From Terriglobales bacterium (lineage in GTDB: Bacteria > Acidobacteriota > Terriglobia > Terriglobales > Acidobacteriaceae): a DNA stretch of 51,158 nt. The notes under the pieces were generated by a model. The model did not search any database. It was not told the origin of the DNA and saw only the letters and a program-made list of their open reading frames with translations. Shown here in pieces: positions 1 through 9,549 of the stretch. Position numbers and translations under genes: made by a program. The first letter of the stretch is position 1. Each line of letters begins with the position of its first letter. Location: assembly GCA_035280185.1 (NCBI GenBank), contig DATEGH010000116.1, positions 1 to 51,158 of the forward strand. Reading direction: 5' to 3'.

Positions 1-3
1 TAG

Positions 4-106
4 TTGGTATTTGGCTATTGGTATTTGGCCAGAGACACCAGGCGCAATGGGAGTTCAGAAGCTCACGGGCTTCGGGCCAAAGGCCAAGTACCAAGAGCCA
101 ATGGCC
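4..106. repeat. heptamer-word inverted repeat upstream of rpsH
   Basis: TTGGTAT TTGGCTA TTGGTAT TTGGCC (4-30), opposed by GGGCCAAAGGCCAAGTACCAAGAGCCAATGGCC (74-106). Confidence 0.7.
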
Positions 107-181
107 GGTTTGCAGTACGTCACGGCAGGTTTCCCTCGGTGAGCCGCGGGACAAACGGGTGACGATAAGAGGAGAACGAAG

Positions 182-580
182 ATGGGTTTGACCGATCCGG
201 TCGCAGATTTGCTGGCGCGCATTCGCAATTCGATCAACGCGCGGCACCAGAAGCTCGATGTTCCGGCTTCCAAGCTGAAGCTGGAGATTGCGCGCATTCT
301 GAAAGAAGAAGGATACATCGCCAACTTCAAGGCTACGGAAGAAGACGGCCAGAAGGTACTGCGGATTTATCTGAAGTACGGCAGCGAGAGCGGCGCCGCC
401 ATCTCCAATCTGCAGCGCATTTCGCGGCCGGGATGCCGCGTCTATGTGGGCCGCAATGACATTCCGCGTGTGTTGGGTGGGCTCGGAATCAACATTCTCA
501 CCACGCCCAAAGGCGTGATGACCGGCCGCCAGGCGCGCAAGGAAGGCGTGGGCGGCGAGATTCTGTGCGAAGTGTGGTAG
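182..580 (+). CDS. rpsH: 30S ribosomal protein S8
   Basis: Protein MGLTDPVADLLARIRNS... has the conserved S8 N-terminus. Canonical spc-operon position before L6. Confidence 0.96.
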   Translation: MGLTDPVADLLARIRNSINARHQKLDVPASKLKLEIARILKEEGYIANFKATEEDGQKVLRIYLKYGSESGAAISNLQRISRPGCRVYVGRNDIPRVLGGLGINILTTPKGVMTGRQARKEGVGGEILCEVW

Positions 581-734
581 GAAGGCAGCACTTGGCCTTT
601 AGCGCTTGGCCCTTGGTGGCTGCGGGCTGATTCAGAATTCATGAGGTTGATAGGCTAAGAGCTCATGGCTGATGGTTGTGGAACTCGAGCGAGCCAATCG
701 CTTCGAGGGACTCACTAGAAGAAGGATTTGAACA

Positions 735-1274
735 ATGTCTCGTATCGGAAAGAAACCGATCCCGCTGCCGGCGGGAGTGAAGTTTGAAGTGAAGGGCAAC
801 ACCGTGACGGTGAACGGTCCGAAAGGGCAGGTGCAGACGCATCTTCCCGCGGGCGTGAAGCTGGAACAGCAAGACGGTCACATTCAGGTTACGCGGCAGG
901 ATGATGATCATGCTGCGGTACACGGTCTGGTTCGCGCCCTGGTGAACAATGCCGTCGAGGGCGTGACCAAGGGATGGTCGAAGGATTTGGAGATCGTGGG
1001 CATCGGCTACCGTGCCGAGATGAAAGGCAAGACGACGGTGGTGTTCACATTGGGCTATTCGCACCCGATTGAGTATCCGCTGCCCACCGGTGTGACGGTT
1101 GCGATTGATCCCAAGCAGACACGCCTGACGGTAAGCGGCATTGATCGCCAGAAAGTCGGGCAGGTGGCGGCCGAGATGCGCGCGCTGCGTATTCCTGATC
1201 CCTACAAGCAGAAGGGTATTCGGTACCTGGGCGAGCGGTTGAAGAAGAAGGTCGGGAAAACTGGCGCGAAGTAA
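735..1274 (+). CDS. rplF: 50S ribosomal protein L6
   Basis: [19 protein letters not shown]... is a typical L6 start. Position follows S8 as expected. Confidence 0.96.
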   Translation: MSRIGKKPIPLPAGVKFEVKGNTVTVNGPKGQVQTHLPAGVKLEQQDGHIQVTRQDDDHAAVHGLVRALVNNAVEGVTKGWSKDLEIVGIGYRAEMKGKTTVVFTLGYSHPIEYPLPTGVTVAIDPKQTRLTVSGIDRQKVGQVAAEMRALRIPDPYKQKGIRYLGERLKKKVGKTGAK

Positions 1275-1292
1275 ATTTCAAATTTGAAATTT
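1273..1292. repeat. perfect 20-nt palindrome overlapping the rplF stop
   Basis: AAATTTCAAATTTGAAATTT equals its own reverse complement. Confidence 0.9.
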
Positions 1293-1344
1293 TAATTTTA
1301 TTTGATCGTGCTGCCAGGGCAGTACGAAGCAAAGGCAGAAGAAG

Positions 1345-1710
1345 ATGATTCCAAATATCTCGAAAGACGAAACGCGGCGGCGGATTCACCAGCGGATGCG
1401 GCAACGGCTGAGCGGATCGGCAGAGCGGCCGCGGCTGAACGTTTACCGCTCGCTGAACCACATTTACGCGCAAGTAATTGATGACAGCACCGGGGCCACC
1501 ATTGCCCATGCCAGCACGGTACAAGGCAAGAAGGGAAGCAAGAAGACCGGCGGAAACGTGGCGAGCGCAAAAGAAATCGGCAAGACTATTGCCGAGCGGG
1601 CGCAGCAGAAGGGCATCAAGAAAGTCGTGTTCGACCGGGGCGGATATCTGTATCACGGACGTATCAAGGCGCTGGCCGAAGCGGCGCGCGAGGCAGGTCT
1701 GGAGTTCTAA
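1345..1710 (+). CDS. rplR: 50S ribosomal protein L18
   Basis: Contains [20 protein letters not shown] and a [21 protein letters not shown] tail typical of L18. Operon order fits. Confidence 0.94.
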   Translation: MIPNISKDETRRRIHQRMRQRLSGSAERPRLNVYRSLNHIYAQVIDDSTGATIAHASTVQGKKGSKKTGGNVASAKEIGKTIAERAQQKGIKKVVFDRGGYLYHGRIKALAEAAREAGLEF

Positions 1711-1712
1711 AA

Positions 1713-2225
1713 ATGGCGACAGCAAGCAAAAGGAAACTTGACGCAGGCAGCTATCAACTGAAGGACCAGGTGGTTACCATCAATCGTGTGACCAAGGTGG
1801 TCAAAGGCGGCAAAAACATGTCGTTTGCGGCGCTGGTGGTGGTGGGCGATCCTGCTGCCGGCGTGGTTGGCTACGGCTCGGGCAAGGCGAAGGAAGTCCC
1901 GCAAGCCATCCGCAAAGGAATTGAATCGGCCAAGAAGAACCTGGTGAAGGTGAACCTGACGCAGAACTCTATTCCGCACCAGGTGCTGGGACGCTTCGGG
2001 TCTGGCATGGTGCTGCTGAAACCGGCGCCGGAAGGAACCGGGGTGATCGCCGGCGGCGCGGTGCGCGCGGTGATGACTTCAGCGGGCGTGCAGAATGTGC
2101 TGACCAAATCGATCGGCACGGCCAATCCGCACAACGTAATCAAAGCTACCTTCGATGCATTGAACCGGCTGCGCGACCGCAAGGAAGTGGCCAAAGTGCG
2201 AGGCAAGGAGTCGCAGGAGCTCTAA
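1713..2225 (+). CDS. rpsE: 30S ribosomal protein S5
   Basis: [27 protein letters not shown] motif. Starts 2 nt after the rplR stop. Confidence 0.96.
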   Translation: MATASKRKLDAGSYQLKDQVVTINRVTKVVKGGKNMSFAALVVVGDPAAGVVGYGSGKAKEVPQAIRKGIESAKKNLVKVNLTQNSIPHQVLGRFGSGMVLLKPAPEGTGVIAGGAVRAVMTSAGVQNVLTKSIGTANPHNVIKATFDALNRLRDRKEVAKVRGKESQEL

Positions 2226-2227
2226 CC

Positions 2228-2419
2228 ATGACAGCAGCGAAAAAAAAGATCAAGATCCAGTACGTTCGCTCGAAAATCTGCACGCCGGTGAAGCATAAGG
2301 CCGTGATTAAAGGGCTGGGCTTTACCCGGCTGAACCAGATCGTGGAGCGGGAAGACACTCCATCGATCCGGGGAATGATTGCGAAAGTACCGCATCTGGT
2401 GCAGATTGTCGGACAGTAG
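2228..2419 (+). CDS. rpmD: 50S ribosomal protein L30
   Basis: 63 aa, IKIQYVRS...KGLGFTRLNQ pattern. Position between S5 and L15. Confidence 0.9.
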   Translation: MTAAKKKIKIQYVRSKICTPVKHKAVIKGLGFTRLNQIVEREDTPSIRGMIAKVPHLVQIVGQ

Positions 2420-2431
2420 ACAGGGACGCGG

Positions 2432-2524
2432 ATTTGGTAATTGGGTAATTTAGTAAGTTGGTAATGGAACTGAGAGAAAGTACTTTTCAATTACACAATT
2501 ATCAAATTACTCAATTATGAAATG
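2432..2524. repeat. GGTAATT-word hairpin element (rpmD-rplO spacer)
   Basis: Left arm ATTTGGTAATTGGGTAATTTAGTAAGTTGGTAATGG. Right arm CAATTACACAATTATCAAATTACTCAATTATGAAAT. About 26/36 nested complementary positions by eye, and some mismatches allow G-U pairs. Confidence 0.75.
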
Positions 2525-2577
2525 TAACAAGGGAAACCGAGTAGCCTCTGAGACGGGCTGCGAAGAAGGAAACAACA

Positions 2578-3072
2578 GTGCCAACGAATTTATCAACACT
2601 ACGGCCTCCCAAGGGCGCCACGGCGAACCGTAAGCGTATTGGGCGCGGTATGGGAAGCGGCATGGGCAAGACCTCGACCCGCGGACACAAAGGCCAGGGT
2701 TCACGGTCCGGCTCGCGCCTGATGCGCGGCTTTGAAGGCGGCCAGATGCCGCTGCATCGCCGTTTGCCCAAGCGCGGATTCACCAACATCTTCCGCACCG
2801 AGTACCGCGTGGTGAACCTTGACAGGCTGGCCGAACTGGGGGAAAAGAACGTTACGCCCGAAGTTTTGGTGAAAGCCGGGCTGGCGCACAAGAATGACCT
2901 TATCAAGGTGCTGGGCGATGGCGATCTTAAGTCGGCGCTGAACGTGCAGGCGCACAAGTTCTCCAAGTCAGCCCAGGAGAAGATTTCAAAGTCCGGAGGC
3001 AAGGCGGAAACGCTCGGCAGCCCCGCTCCGGAACAAGCGAGTAAGCCGGAAGCAAAATCCAGGAAGAAGTAG
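2578..3072 (+). CDS. rplO: 50S ribosomal protein L15, with Lys/Ser/Pro-rich C-terminal tail
   Basis: GTG start. GRGMGSGMGKTSTRGHKGQGSRSG glycine-rich L15 signature. Precedes secY. Confidence 0.93.
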   Translation: MPTNLSTLRPPKGATANRKRIGRGMGSGMGKTSTRGHKGQGSRSGSRLMRGFEGGQMPLHRRLPKRGFTNIFRTEYRVVNLDRLAELGEKNVTPEVLVKAGLAHKNDLIKVLGDGDLKSALNVQAHKFSKSAQEKISKSGGKAETLGSPAPEQASKPEAKSRKK

Positions 3073-3079
3073 AGTCCCG

Positions 3080-4486
3080 ATGTTTGAGAAATTTGCCAAT
3101 ATCTTTCGCGTGCCGGACCTGCGCAAGCGTGTCCTGTTCACGCTGGCCATGCTGGCCGTGTACCGCCTGGGATCGCACATACCGACGCCGGGGATCAATA
3201 CCAGCAAGCTGCAGCAGGCCTTTGAATCGCAAAGCGGCGGGTTGCTCGGTTTTTATGATCTGTTCAGCGGCGGCAACCTGCGCCGGCTGACCATTTTTGC
3301 TCTGGGCATCATGCCCTACATCACCGCGTCCATCATTCTGCAGTTGCTCACCGTGGTGTGGGAGCCGTTGGCACGGTTGCAGAAGGAAGGCGAACTGGGG
3401 CGGCGCAAGATCACCCAGTGGACCCGCTATCTGACGCTGATCCTCTCTTTCCTGCAAAGCCTGGGCATTGCCTTCACGTTGCAGAGCCAGGATTTTGTTC
3501 TAACACCGGGCTATTCCTTCATCTTCATGACTATTGTGACTCTGACCACCGGCAGCATGTTCATCATGTGGCTGGGCGAGCAGATCACGGAGCGCGGCGT
3601 CGGAAACGGAATGTCGCTGCTGATTTTTGCCGGCATCGTTGTGGGACTGCCGCGCGCAGTACAGGACCTCCTGGTGAAAGCCAGACAGCAGGCTTGGGGC
3701 AGCTTTACGATTCCGGCAATGGTTCTGCTCGTTGCCATCATGATTGCGGTGGTTGCGTTCATTGTTTTCATGGAACGCGCGGAACGCCGCATTCCGGTGC
3801 AGTACGCGAAGCGCGTGGTGGGACGGCGCATTATGGGTGGCCAGGCCACGCACCTTCCGCTGCGGGTGAACTCCGGCGGCGTCATGCCGGTGATCTTTGC
3901 TTCGTCGCTGCTGAGTATTCCGCAGATGATGACCTATTCCGCTGCGTTCAAGACCGGAGGCACGCTGAATCGATATTTCGGCGGGTTGATGGAGCAGTTG
4001 CGCTGGGGTGAACCACTGTACACGCTGCTCTACGCGGTGGGCATCGTCTTCTTTGCCTACTTCTACGTTTCAATCGTCTTCAATCCGGCTGACGTCGCCG
4101 ACAACATGCGCAAGCATGGTGGATTCATTCCGGGCATCCGTCCGGGCCACCGCACGCGGGACTACATCAACGACGTTCTGACGCGAGTAACGCTGGTTGG
4201 CGGCCTCTATCTGATTCTGATTTCGTTCATTCCGGAATGGATGATCGCCGGCATTCACCTGAACCACATGCCCACCTGGCTGGGACAGCGTCTGTTTGAA
4301 GGGCTGCCGAACTGGGTGCTCAATGGTTTGGGCGTGACCTTCTATTTCGGCGGCACGTCGCTGCTGATTGTGGTCGGCGTGGCCATGGATACGGTCAACC
4401 AGATCGAGTCGCAGTTGGTCATGCGCCATTACGAGGGTTTCACTTCGCGTAGCAGCAAGGTCAAGGGAAGGAGACTCTGGAACTAG
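3080..4486 (+). CDS. secY: preprotein translocase subunit SecY
   Basis: 468 aa polytopic membrane protein with SecY motifs (LGIMPYITASIILQLL, GTSLLIVVGVAMDT). Conserved position. Confidence 0.97.
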   Translation: MFEKFANIFRVPDLRKRVLFTLAMLAVYRLGSHIPTPGINTSKLQQAFESQSGGLLGFYDLFSGGNLRRLTIFALGIMPYITASIILQLLTVVWEPLARLQKEGELGRRKITQWTRYLTLILSFLQSLGIAFTLQSQDFVLTPGYSFIFMTIVTLTTGSMFIMWLGEQITERGVGNGMSLLIFAGIVVGLPRAVQDLLVKARQQAWGSFTIPAMVLLVAIMIAVVAFIVFMERAERRIPVQYAKRVVGRRIMGGQATHLPLRVNSGGVMPVIFASSLLSIPQMMTYSAAFKTGGTLNRYFGGLMEQLRWGEPLYTLLYAVGIVFFAYFYVSIVFNPADVADNMRKHGGFIPGIRPGHRTRDYINDVLTRVTLVGGLYLILISFIPEWMIAGIHLNHMPTWLGQRLFEGLPNWVLNGLGVTFYFGGTSLLIVVGVAMDTVNQIESQLVMRHYEGFTSRSSKVKGRRLWN

Positions 4487-4489
4487 TCC

Positions 4490-5170
4490 ATGAGCTCTAC
4501 CTACTCAACGGCGGCCGTTGGACCGATCATTCTGCTGGGGCCTCCGGGCGCCGGCAAGGGTACCCAGGCCATGATGATCGCGAGCCGGTACGGCATTCCG
4601 CAGATCTCTACGGGAGACATTTTGCGGATCGGCGTGGCCCGGGGAACTGTGCTGGGGAAGAAGGCTGACCCGCTGATGAAGTCCGGCCAGCTCGTGCCGG
4701 ATGAGCTTATGCTTCCGATGGTGGGCGAGCGGCTGCGCCAGCCGGACTGCCAGCGCGGTTACATTCTGGACGGCTTCCCGCGGACGACCGGGCAAGCCGA
4801 ATGGCTGGACGAGTTTCTGGGCGCGGCCAAGCCGGTTGTGATCGAGATCAAGGTCGGGTATAATCAACTACTGCAACGGCTTACGGGTCGCCGTTCTTGT
4901 CCCGTCGAAGGCAAGATTTACAATATCTACTTCCAGCCGCCAAAAGACGACAGCGTTTGTGATGCCTGCGGCACGCCTTTAGTCCAGCGCAAAGATGACC
5001 GGGAAGAGGTCATTTCCGAGCGGTTGAAGAGCTATGAAGAGCAGACGCTTCCGCTGGTGGAATATTATGGCCGGCAGGGACGGCTGCGGCAGGTTGACGG
5101 AGAACGGCCCGTGCCGGAGATTACGAGCGAGATTTTCACGATTCTTGAGGGCGGGGCCGCCGCGGCCTGA
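4490..5170 (+). CDS. adk: adenylate kinase
   Basis: P-loop GPPGAGKGTQA, ISTGDILR, LID segment with CPVEG...CDACG. Confidence 0.95.
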   Translation: MSSTYSTAAVGPIILLGPPGAGKGTQAMMIASRYGIPQISTGDILRIGVARGTVLGKKADPLMKSGQLVPDELMLPMVGERLRQPDCQRGYILDGFPRTTGQAEWLDEFLGAAKPVVIEIKVGYNQLLQRLTGRRSCPVEGKIYNIYFQPPKDDSVCDACGTPLVQRKDDREEVISERLKSYEEQTLPLVEYYGRQGRLRQVDGERPVPEITSEIFTILEGGAAAA

Positions 5171-5172
5171 GC

Positions 5173-5922
5173 ATGATTAACTGCAAGTCACATGCAGAGC
5201 TGGAAAAGATGCGGCGGAGCGGCCACATCGTTCGCCAGGTGCTGAATGCGGTTAAAGGGCTGGTGAAGCCCGGCGTCTCCACGATGGACCTGGAGCGCGC
5301 GGCGGAAGAGAAGATCAGAGATCTGGGCGCGAAGCCGGCTTTCAAGGGTTATTACGATTATCCTTGCGTGCTGTGCACGTCAGTGAACAACGAGATCATT
5401 CACGGGATCCCTTCAGAGAAGCGGGTCCTGAAGACCGGAGATATCGTCTCAATCGATTGCGGCGTGGTGCTGGACGGCTACTATGGGGATGCCGCCATCA
5501 CCGTTCCGGTAGGTGATGCGCTGGCGCCGGAACTGAAAAAGCTTCTGGACGTGACGGAGCAATCGCTGAAGAAAGCGATTCAGGAAGTCCGGCTCGGGAA
5601 GACGGTGGGTGACGTTGGCGCTGCGGTGCAGGAGCACGTAGAAGCCAACGGCTTCAGTATTGTGCGTGACTTTGTCGGGCACGGAATTGGGACGCGGCTT
5701 CATGAGGACCCGCAGGTGCCGAACTTCGGCGTGCGCGGACATGGAACAAGGCTGCGCGAAGGCATGGTCCTGGCCATCGAGCCTATGGTGAACGTGGGCA
5801 AGCCCGGCGCGCGAGTGCTGGACGACAAGTGGACGGCTGTGACTGAAGACGGCAGCTACAGCGCGCACTTCGAGCACACGGTGGCTGTCACGAGGAATGG
5901 GCCGCTGGTGCTGACGGAGTAG
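5173..5922 (+). CDS. map: type I methionine aminopeptidase
   Basis: IHGIP, DCGVVLDGYYGD, FVGHGIG, AIEPM, EHTV metal-ligand motifs. Confidence 0.96.
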   Translation: MINCKSHAELEKMRRSGHIVRQVLNAVKGLVKPGVSTMDLERAAEEKIRDLGAKPAFKGYYDYPCVLCTSVNNEIIHGIPSEKRVLKTGDIVSIDCGVVLDGYYGDAAITVPVGDALAPELKKLLDVTEQSLKKAIQEVRLGKTVGDVGAAVQEHVEANGFSIVRDFVGHGIGTRLHEDPQVPNFGVRGHGTRLREGMVLAIEPMVNVGKPGARVLDDKWTAVTEDGSYSAHFEHTVAVTRNGPLVLTE

Positions 5923-6037
5923 CTGCTAGCTACGAGCTGCTAGTTATGCAAATACGATGCATCGGGGAAGCCCTCAACACTTGAATCGGATTTGAAACCA
6001 GTTTGTCTAGAAGCCAGCCGCTAGTAGCTAGAGGCTG
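5920..6037. repeat. CTAG-word inverted repeat (map-infA spacer)
   Basis: TAGCTGCTAGCTACGAGCTGCTAGTT (5920-5945) against GTCTAGAAGCCAGCCGCTAGTAGCTAGAGGCTG (6005-6037). Confidence 0.7.
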
Positions 6038-6052
6038 ACTTCAAGGAGTTGA

Positions 6053-6271
6053 GTGAGTAAAGAAGACGCGATTGAGGTAATGGCAACAGTGTTGGAACCG
6101 TTGCCCAATGCCATGTTCCGGGTGGAACTGGAGAACAAACATCAGGTTCTGGCGCACGTTTCCGGCAGAATGCGAAAGAACTTTATCCGTATTCTTCCCG
6201 GAGACAAGGTCGCGGTGGAACTATCACCGTACGACCTGACACGGGGCAGAATCGTGTATCGGTACAAGTAG
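6053..6271 (+). CDS. infA: translation initiation factor IF-1
   Basis: GTG start. 72 aa, ...[35 protein letters not shown]... is the S1-like IF-1 fold. Confidence 0.96.
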   Translation: MSKEDAIEVMATVLEPLPNAMFRVELENKHQVLAHVSGRMRKNFIRILPGDKVAVELSPYDLTRGRIVYRYK

Positions 6272-6280
6272 GCCTTGAAA

Positions 6281-6360
6281 GGTTGGCGAGGTTGGTAAGT
6301 GCGTAATTTGGTAAGTTGGTAATTGAGAAGCAAATTACCAAATTACTCAATTACCAAATC
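6281..6360. repeat. GGTAATT-word hairpin element (infA-rpmJ spacer)
   Basis: ...GTAATTTGGTAAGTTGGTAATTG, loop AGAAG, then CAAATTACCAAATTACTCAATTACCAAATC. Confidence 0.8.
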
Positions 6361-6422
6361 AGCGAAGAGCTTGCTCGGCAGGAGAAAGCCTGTGAGCTCA
6401 AAAGGCAAAGCGAGCGGAAATT

Positions 6423-6536
6423 ATGAAGGTCAGAGCATCAGTAAAAAAGATTTGTGATAAGTGCAAGATCGTGCACCGCAAAGGCGTGGTGCGGGTGATC
6501 TGCGAAAACTCGAAACATAAGCAGCGGCAAGGCTAG
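6423..6536 (+). CDS. rpmJ: 50S ribosomal protein L36 (Zn-ribbon type)
   Basis: Not in the ORF track (37 aa). My translation: [37 protein letters not shown], stop TAG at 6534-6536. Sits between infA and rpsM as expected. Confidence 0.92.
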   Translation: MKVRASVKKICDKCKIVHRKGVVRVICENSKHKQRQG

Positions 6537-6546
6537 AGGAGTTATT

Positions 6547-6933
6547 ATGGCTCGTATTGCAGGCGTGGATCTTCCGCGCAACAAGCACGTAGATATCGCG
6601 CTGACCTACATCTACGGCATCGGCAACGCGCGCTCCAGGCGTATTCTGGGAACCGCGAAAGTCGAGACGATGAAGAAGGTACAGGACCTGAACGAAGACG
6701 AGGTGAACCGCATCCGCCAGGTCATCGAGAATGAAGGCAGCGTCGAAGGCGACCTGCGCAAAGACATTTCGATGAACATCAAGCGGCTGATTGAAATCGG
6801 TTCTTACCGTGGATTCCGTCATCGCCGCAACCTGCCGGTCCGGGGCCAGCGCACACACACCAACGCGCGCACCCGCAAGGGACCGCGCAAGGGAACAGTG
6901 GCGAATAAGAAGAAGGCGTCGGCGAAAACATAA
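6547..6933 (+). CDS. rpsM: 30S ribosomal protein S13
   Basis: [26 protein letters not shown]... is the canonical S13 start. AGGAG lies just upstream. Confidence 0.97.
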   Translation: MARIAGVDLPRNKHVDIALTYIYGIGNARSRRILGTAKVETMKKVQDLNEDEVNRIRQVIENEGSVEGDLRKDISMNIKRLIEIGSYRGFRHRRNLPVRGQRTHTNARTRKGPRKGTVANKKKASAKT

Positions 6934-6938
6934 ACAAG

Positions 6939-7016
6939 TTGCTAGCGGCTAGCTACTAGCTGCTAGCTTTGAAGGTATCGGCCGGTAGCTAGAAGCTCGG
7001 AGCTAGCGGCTAGAAG
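6939..7016. repeat. CTAG-word inverted repeat (rpsM-rpsK spacer)
   Basis: TTGCTAGCGGCTAGCTACTAGCTGCTAGCTTT against GGTAGCTAGAAGCTCGGAGCTAGCGGCTAGAAG. Seven CTAG in 78 nt. Confidence 0.8.
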
Positions 7017-7083
7017 TAAGAACCACATTGCTGGCGGGACCGGGATTCTGAGCGGGAGCTGCGGCGATGTCGAGGATTAGAGA

Positions 7084-7509
7084 ATGGCGAAAGCAGCAGC
7101 AGCCGGCGCGGCGGCCGGCACAAAAGGCAAGAAGAAGGTTTTCAAGAAGAAGGAGCGCAAAAACGTTCCTCATGGCGTCTGCTATATCCAGGCATCATTC
7201 AACAACACCATCGTAACCATCGCGGATGGCGAAGGGCGGACGTTGGCATGGAAGAGCGCGGGTTCGCTGGGGTTCCGCGGTTCGCGCAAAGGCACGCCAT
7301 TCGCAGCGCAGCAGGCTGCGATGAACGCCGCCAACCAGGTCCGCGATCACGGCATGCGTTCTGTTGAAGTGCGGGTTAACGGCCCGGGTTCTGGACGCGA
7401 GTCGGCCATTCGCGCTCTGGCTGCTGCGGGTCTTGACGTGCGTCAGATTAGGGATGTTACACCCATTCCGCACAATGGGTGCCGGCCGCCGAAAAGGCGC
7501 CGCGTCTGA
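7084..7509 (+). CDS. rpsK: 30S ribosomal protein S11, with Ala/Lys-rich N-terminal extension
   Basis: [18 protein letters not shown]...[14 protein letters not shown]...[13 protein letters not shown] are S11 signatures. Confidence 0.95.
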   Translation: MAKAAAAGAAAGTKGKKKVFKKKERKNVPHGVCYIQASFNNTIVTIADGEGRTLAWKSAGSLGFRGSRKGTPFAAQQAAMNAANQVRDHGMRSVEVRVNGPGSGRESAIRALAAAGLDVRQIRDVTPIPHNGCRPPKRRRV

Positions 7510-7546
7510 TTTTCAATTTGAAATTTCAAGCTTGAAAATTTCAAAT
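7509..7546. repeat. TTTCAAA-word near-palindrome (rpsK-rpsD spacer)
   Basis: ATTTTCAATTTGAAATTTCAAGCTTGAAAATTTCAAAT, centred on AAGCTT, with a single 1-nt indel between arms. Confidence 0.85.
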
Positions 7547-7618
7547 CACATCTGGATCGGGACGAAGGGCCACACCGCCTGTAAACCGATCGTCACCTGA
7601 AGTAAAAGGAGAATCGAA

Positions 7619-8248
7619 TTGGCAAGATATAAAGGTGCAGTATGCCGCCTTTGCCGTCGCGAAGGCATGAAGCTATTTTTGAAGGGCGCCAAGTGTTTCA
7701 CTGACAAGTGCCCGGTGGAGAAGCGCAACTTTGCTCCCGGCCAGCATGGCAAGGACCGCAAAGCCAAAGTAGTCGGCTGCGGCCTGCAACTGCGTGAGAA
7801 GCAGAAGACCAAGCGCGTCTACTTCACGCTGGAAAACCAGTTCCGCAACTACTTTGAGAAGGCCGCGCGCAAACCGGGCGTCACCGGCGAGCTGTTGTTG
7901 CAGCAACTTGAACGCCGGCTCGACAACGTCATCTACCGGCTCGGGTTTGCGACATCGCGACGCCAAGCCCGGCAATTGGTGCGGCACGGCCACGTTGACG
8001 TGAACAATCGCCGCGTGAACATACCATCGTTTGAAGTCAGCGCCGGCGATGAGATTCAGGTACGGGAAAAGGCGCGGAAGTTTACGGTGGTGGAGGGAGC
8101 ACGCGAGTTTTCCAGCCATCAGCCCGTGGTGGCATGGCTTGAGGTGGACCGCGATAACCTAAAAGGCCGCGTGCTGTCGCTGCCGAAGCGCGAAGACATT
8201 GCGACTCCGGTGAACGAACAGCTCATCGTGGAACTGTACTCGAAGTAA
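7619..8248 (+). CDS. rpsD: 30S ribosomal protein S4
   Basis: TTG start. [23 protein letters not shown]... is the canonical S4 N-terminus, followed by an S4 RNA-binding domain. Confidence 0.96.
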   Translation: MARYKGAVCRLCRREGMKLFLKGAKCFTDKCPVEKRNFAPGQHGKDRKAKVVGCGLQLREKQKTKRVYFTLENQFRNYFEKAARKPGVTGELLLQQLERRLDNVIYRLGFATSRRQARQLVRHGHVDVNNRRVNIPSFEVSAGDEIQVREKARKFTVVEGAREFSSHQPVVAWLEVDRDNLKGRVLSLPKREDIATPVNEQLIVELYSK

Positions 8249-8250
8249 AT

Positions 8251-8417
8251 CTTAGCTGTGGCTAAAGCCGCAGTTTGCAGGGGCTAAAGGCCTTCTCGAT
8301 CAAGGCTACGACTGATTTGAAGAATGCATCTGCAAGTCGATTTGGTTTCGGACAAGAGCCGAAACCATTGTTAGCAAAAGCTAAGAGCTAAAGGCTAAAG
8401 GCCAAGTGCTGCTTAGC
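8251..8417. repeat. GCTAAAG-word repeat block with central hairpin (rpsD-rpoA spacer)
   Basis: GGCTAAAGCC (8260), GGCTAAAGGCC (8282), GCTAAGAGCTAAAGGCTAAAGGCC (8380-8402). Hairpin GGTTTCGG-ACAAGAG-CCGAAACC (8344-8366). Confidence 0.75.
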
Positions 8418-8495
8418 AACAATCGCCCGCACCAGATCAGCCTTTCGCCGCGGGGCGAATGAGCCAAGCGGAGCGGGATTGAAAGGAAAAGAAAA

Positions 8496-9548
8496 ATGGC
8501 ACTTTGGAGAGGTTTTCAAAAACCGAAGCGTCTCGCGACTGACACCGAGACATTGACCGGCAAATACGGCCGCTTTTACGCGCAACCGTTCGAGCGGGGA
8601 TTTGGCACCACCATCGGCAACGCTCTGCGGCGCGTGCTGCTTTCCTCAATCGAAGGCGCTGCCATCACTGCGGTGAAGATTGAAGGCGTGCTGCACGAGT
8701 TCCAGTCCATCCAGGGAGTGGTCGAGGACGCAACCGACATCATCCTGAACCTGAAGCAGGTCCCGTTCAAGCTGAACGGCGACGGCCCAAAAGCGATCTA
8801 CCTGAAGACCGACCAGCCCGGGGTTGTGACCTCCGGCATGATTGAAGCTGACTCCGACATCGAGGTACTGGACAAGAACGTTTACATTGCCACCGTTTCC
8901 GAAGGCGGCAAGCTCGACATGGAGATGAGATTGAAACGTGGACGCGGCTACGTTTCCGCCGATAAGAACTTCGACGAAGACCTAGGTCTCGGATTCATTC
9001 CCATTGATTCGGTCCATTCGCCGGTGCGCAAGGTGAACTACACCGTGGAAGCGGCCCGCCTGGGCCAGATTACCGACTATGACAAGCTCGACATCGAAAT
9101 CTGGACCAACGGCTCCATTGCTCCCGCTGACGCGCTTGGCCTTTCCGCCAAGCTGCTGAAGGACCACATGACCATCTTCATCAACTTTGAAGAGGAGTTG
9201 GAGAGCGAGGCCCGCGGCGAGGACCGCCCGCAGATCAAGAACGAGAACCTCAACCGTTCCGTGGAAGAGCTCGAGCTTTCGGTTCGCAGCTACAACTGCC
9301 TCAAGAACGCCAACATTCAGTCGATTGGCGAACTGGTGCAGAAAACCGAAGCGGAGATGCTCAAGACCAAGAATTTCGGCCGCAAATCGCTCAACGAGAT
9401 CAAGGAGATCCTTGCTTCGATGGGCCTTTCGCTGGGCATGAAGATTGACGAACAGGGCAACGCCGTTCCCGGTCCCACCAGCCAGATGCCGTCCGCGCTT
9501 AGCACTGCGCCGGTGTCCTATGAAGGCGGGGAGGGAGAGGAATTTTAA
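8496..9548 (+). CDS. rpoA: DNA-directed RNA polymerase subunit alpha
   Basis: 350 aa. [20 protein letters not shown], plus a C-terminal domain with [17 protein letters not shown]...GELV. Confidence 0.97.
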   Translation: MALWRGFQKPKRLATDTETLTGKYGRFYAQPFERGFGTTIGNALRRVLLSSIEGAAITAVKIEGVLHEFQSIQGVVEDATDIILNLKQVPFKLNGDGPKAIYLKTDQPGVVTSGMIEADSDIEVLDKNVYIATVSEGGKLDMEMRLKRGRGYVSADKNFDEDLGLGFIPIDSVHSPVRKVNYTVEAARLGQITDYDKLDIEIWTNGSIAPADALGLSAKLLKDHMTIFINFEEELESEARGEDRPQIKNENLNRSVEELELSVRSYNCLKNANIQSIGELVQKTEAEMLKTKNFGRKSLNEIKEILASMGLSLGMKIDEQGNAVPGPTSQMPSALSTAPVSYEGGEGEEF

Positions 9549-9549
9549 C

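Noticed and set aside
1045-1725. 226-aa minus-strand ORF across rplF/rplR
   Set aside because: It is antisense to two highly conserved ribosomal protein genes, so it is a shadow ORF.
4871-4990. Adenylate kinase LID with only three Cys (C-P-V-E ... C-D-A-C)
   Set aside because: Partial loss of the zinc-binding tetrad is common among adenylate kinases and not informative here.
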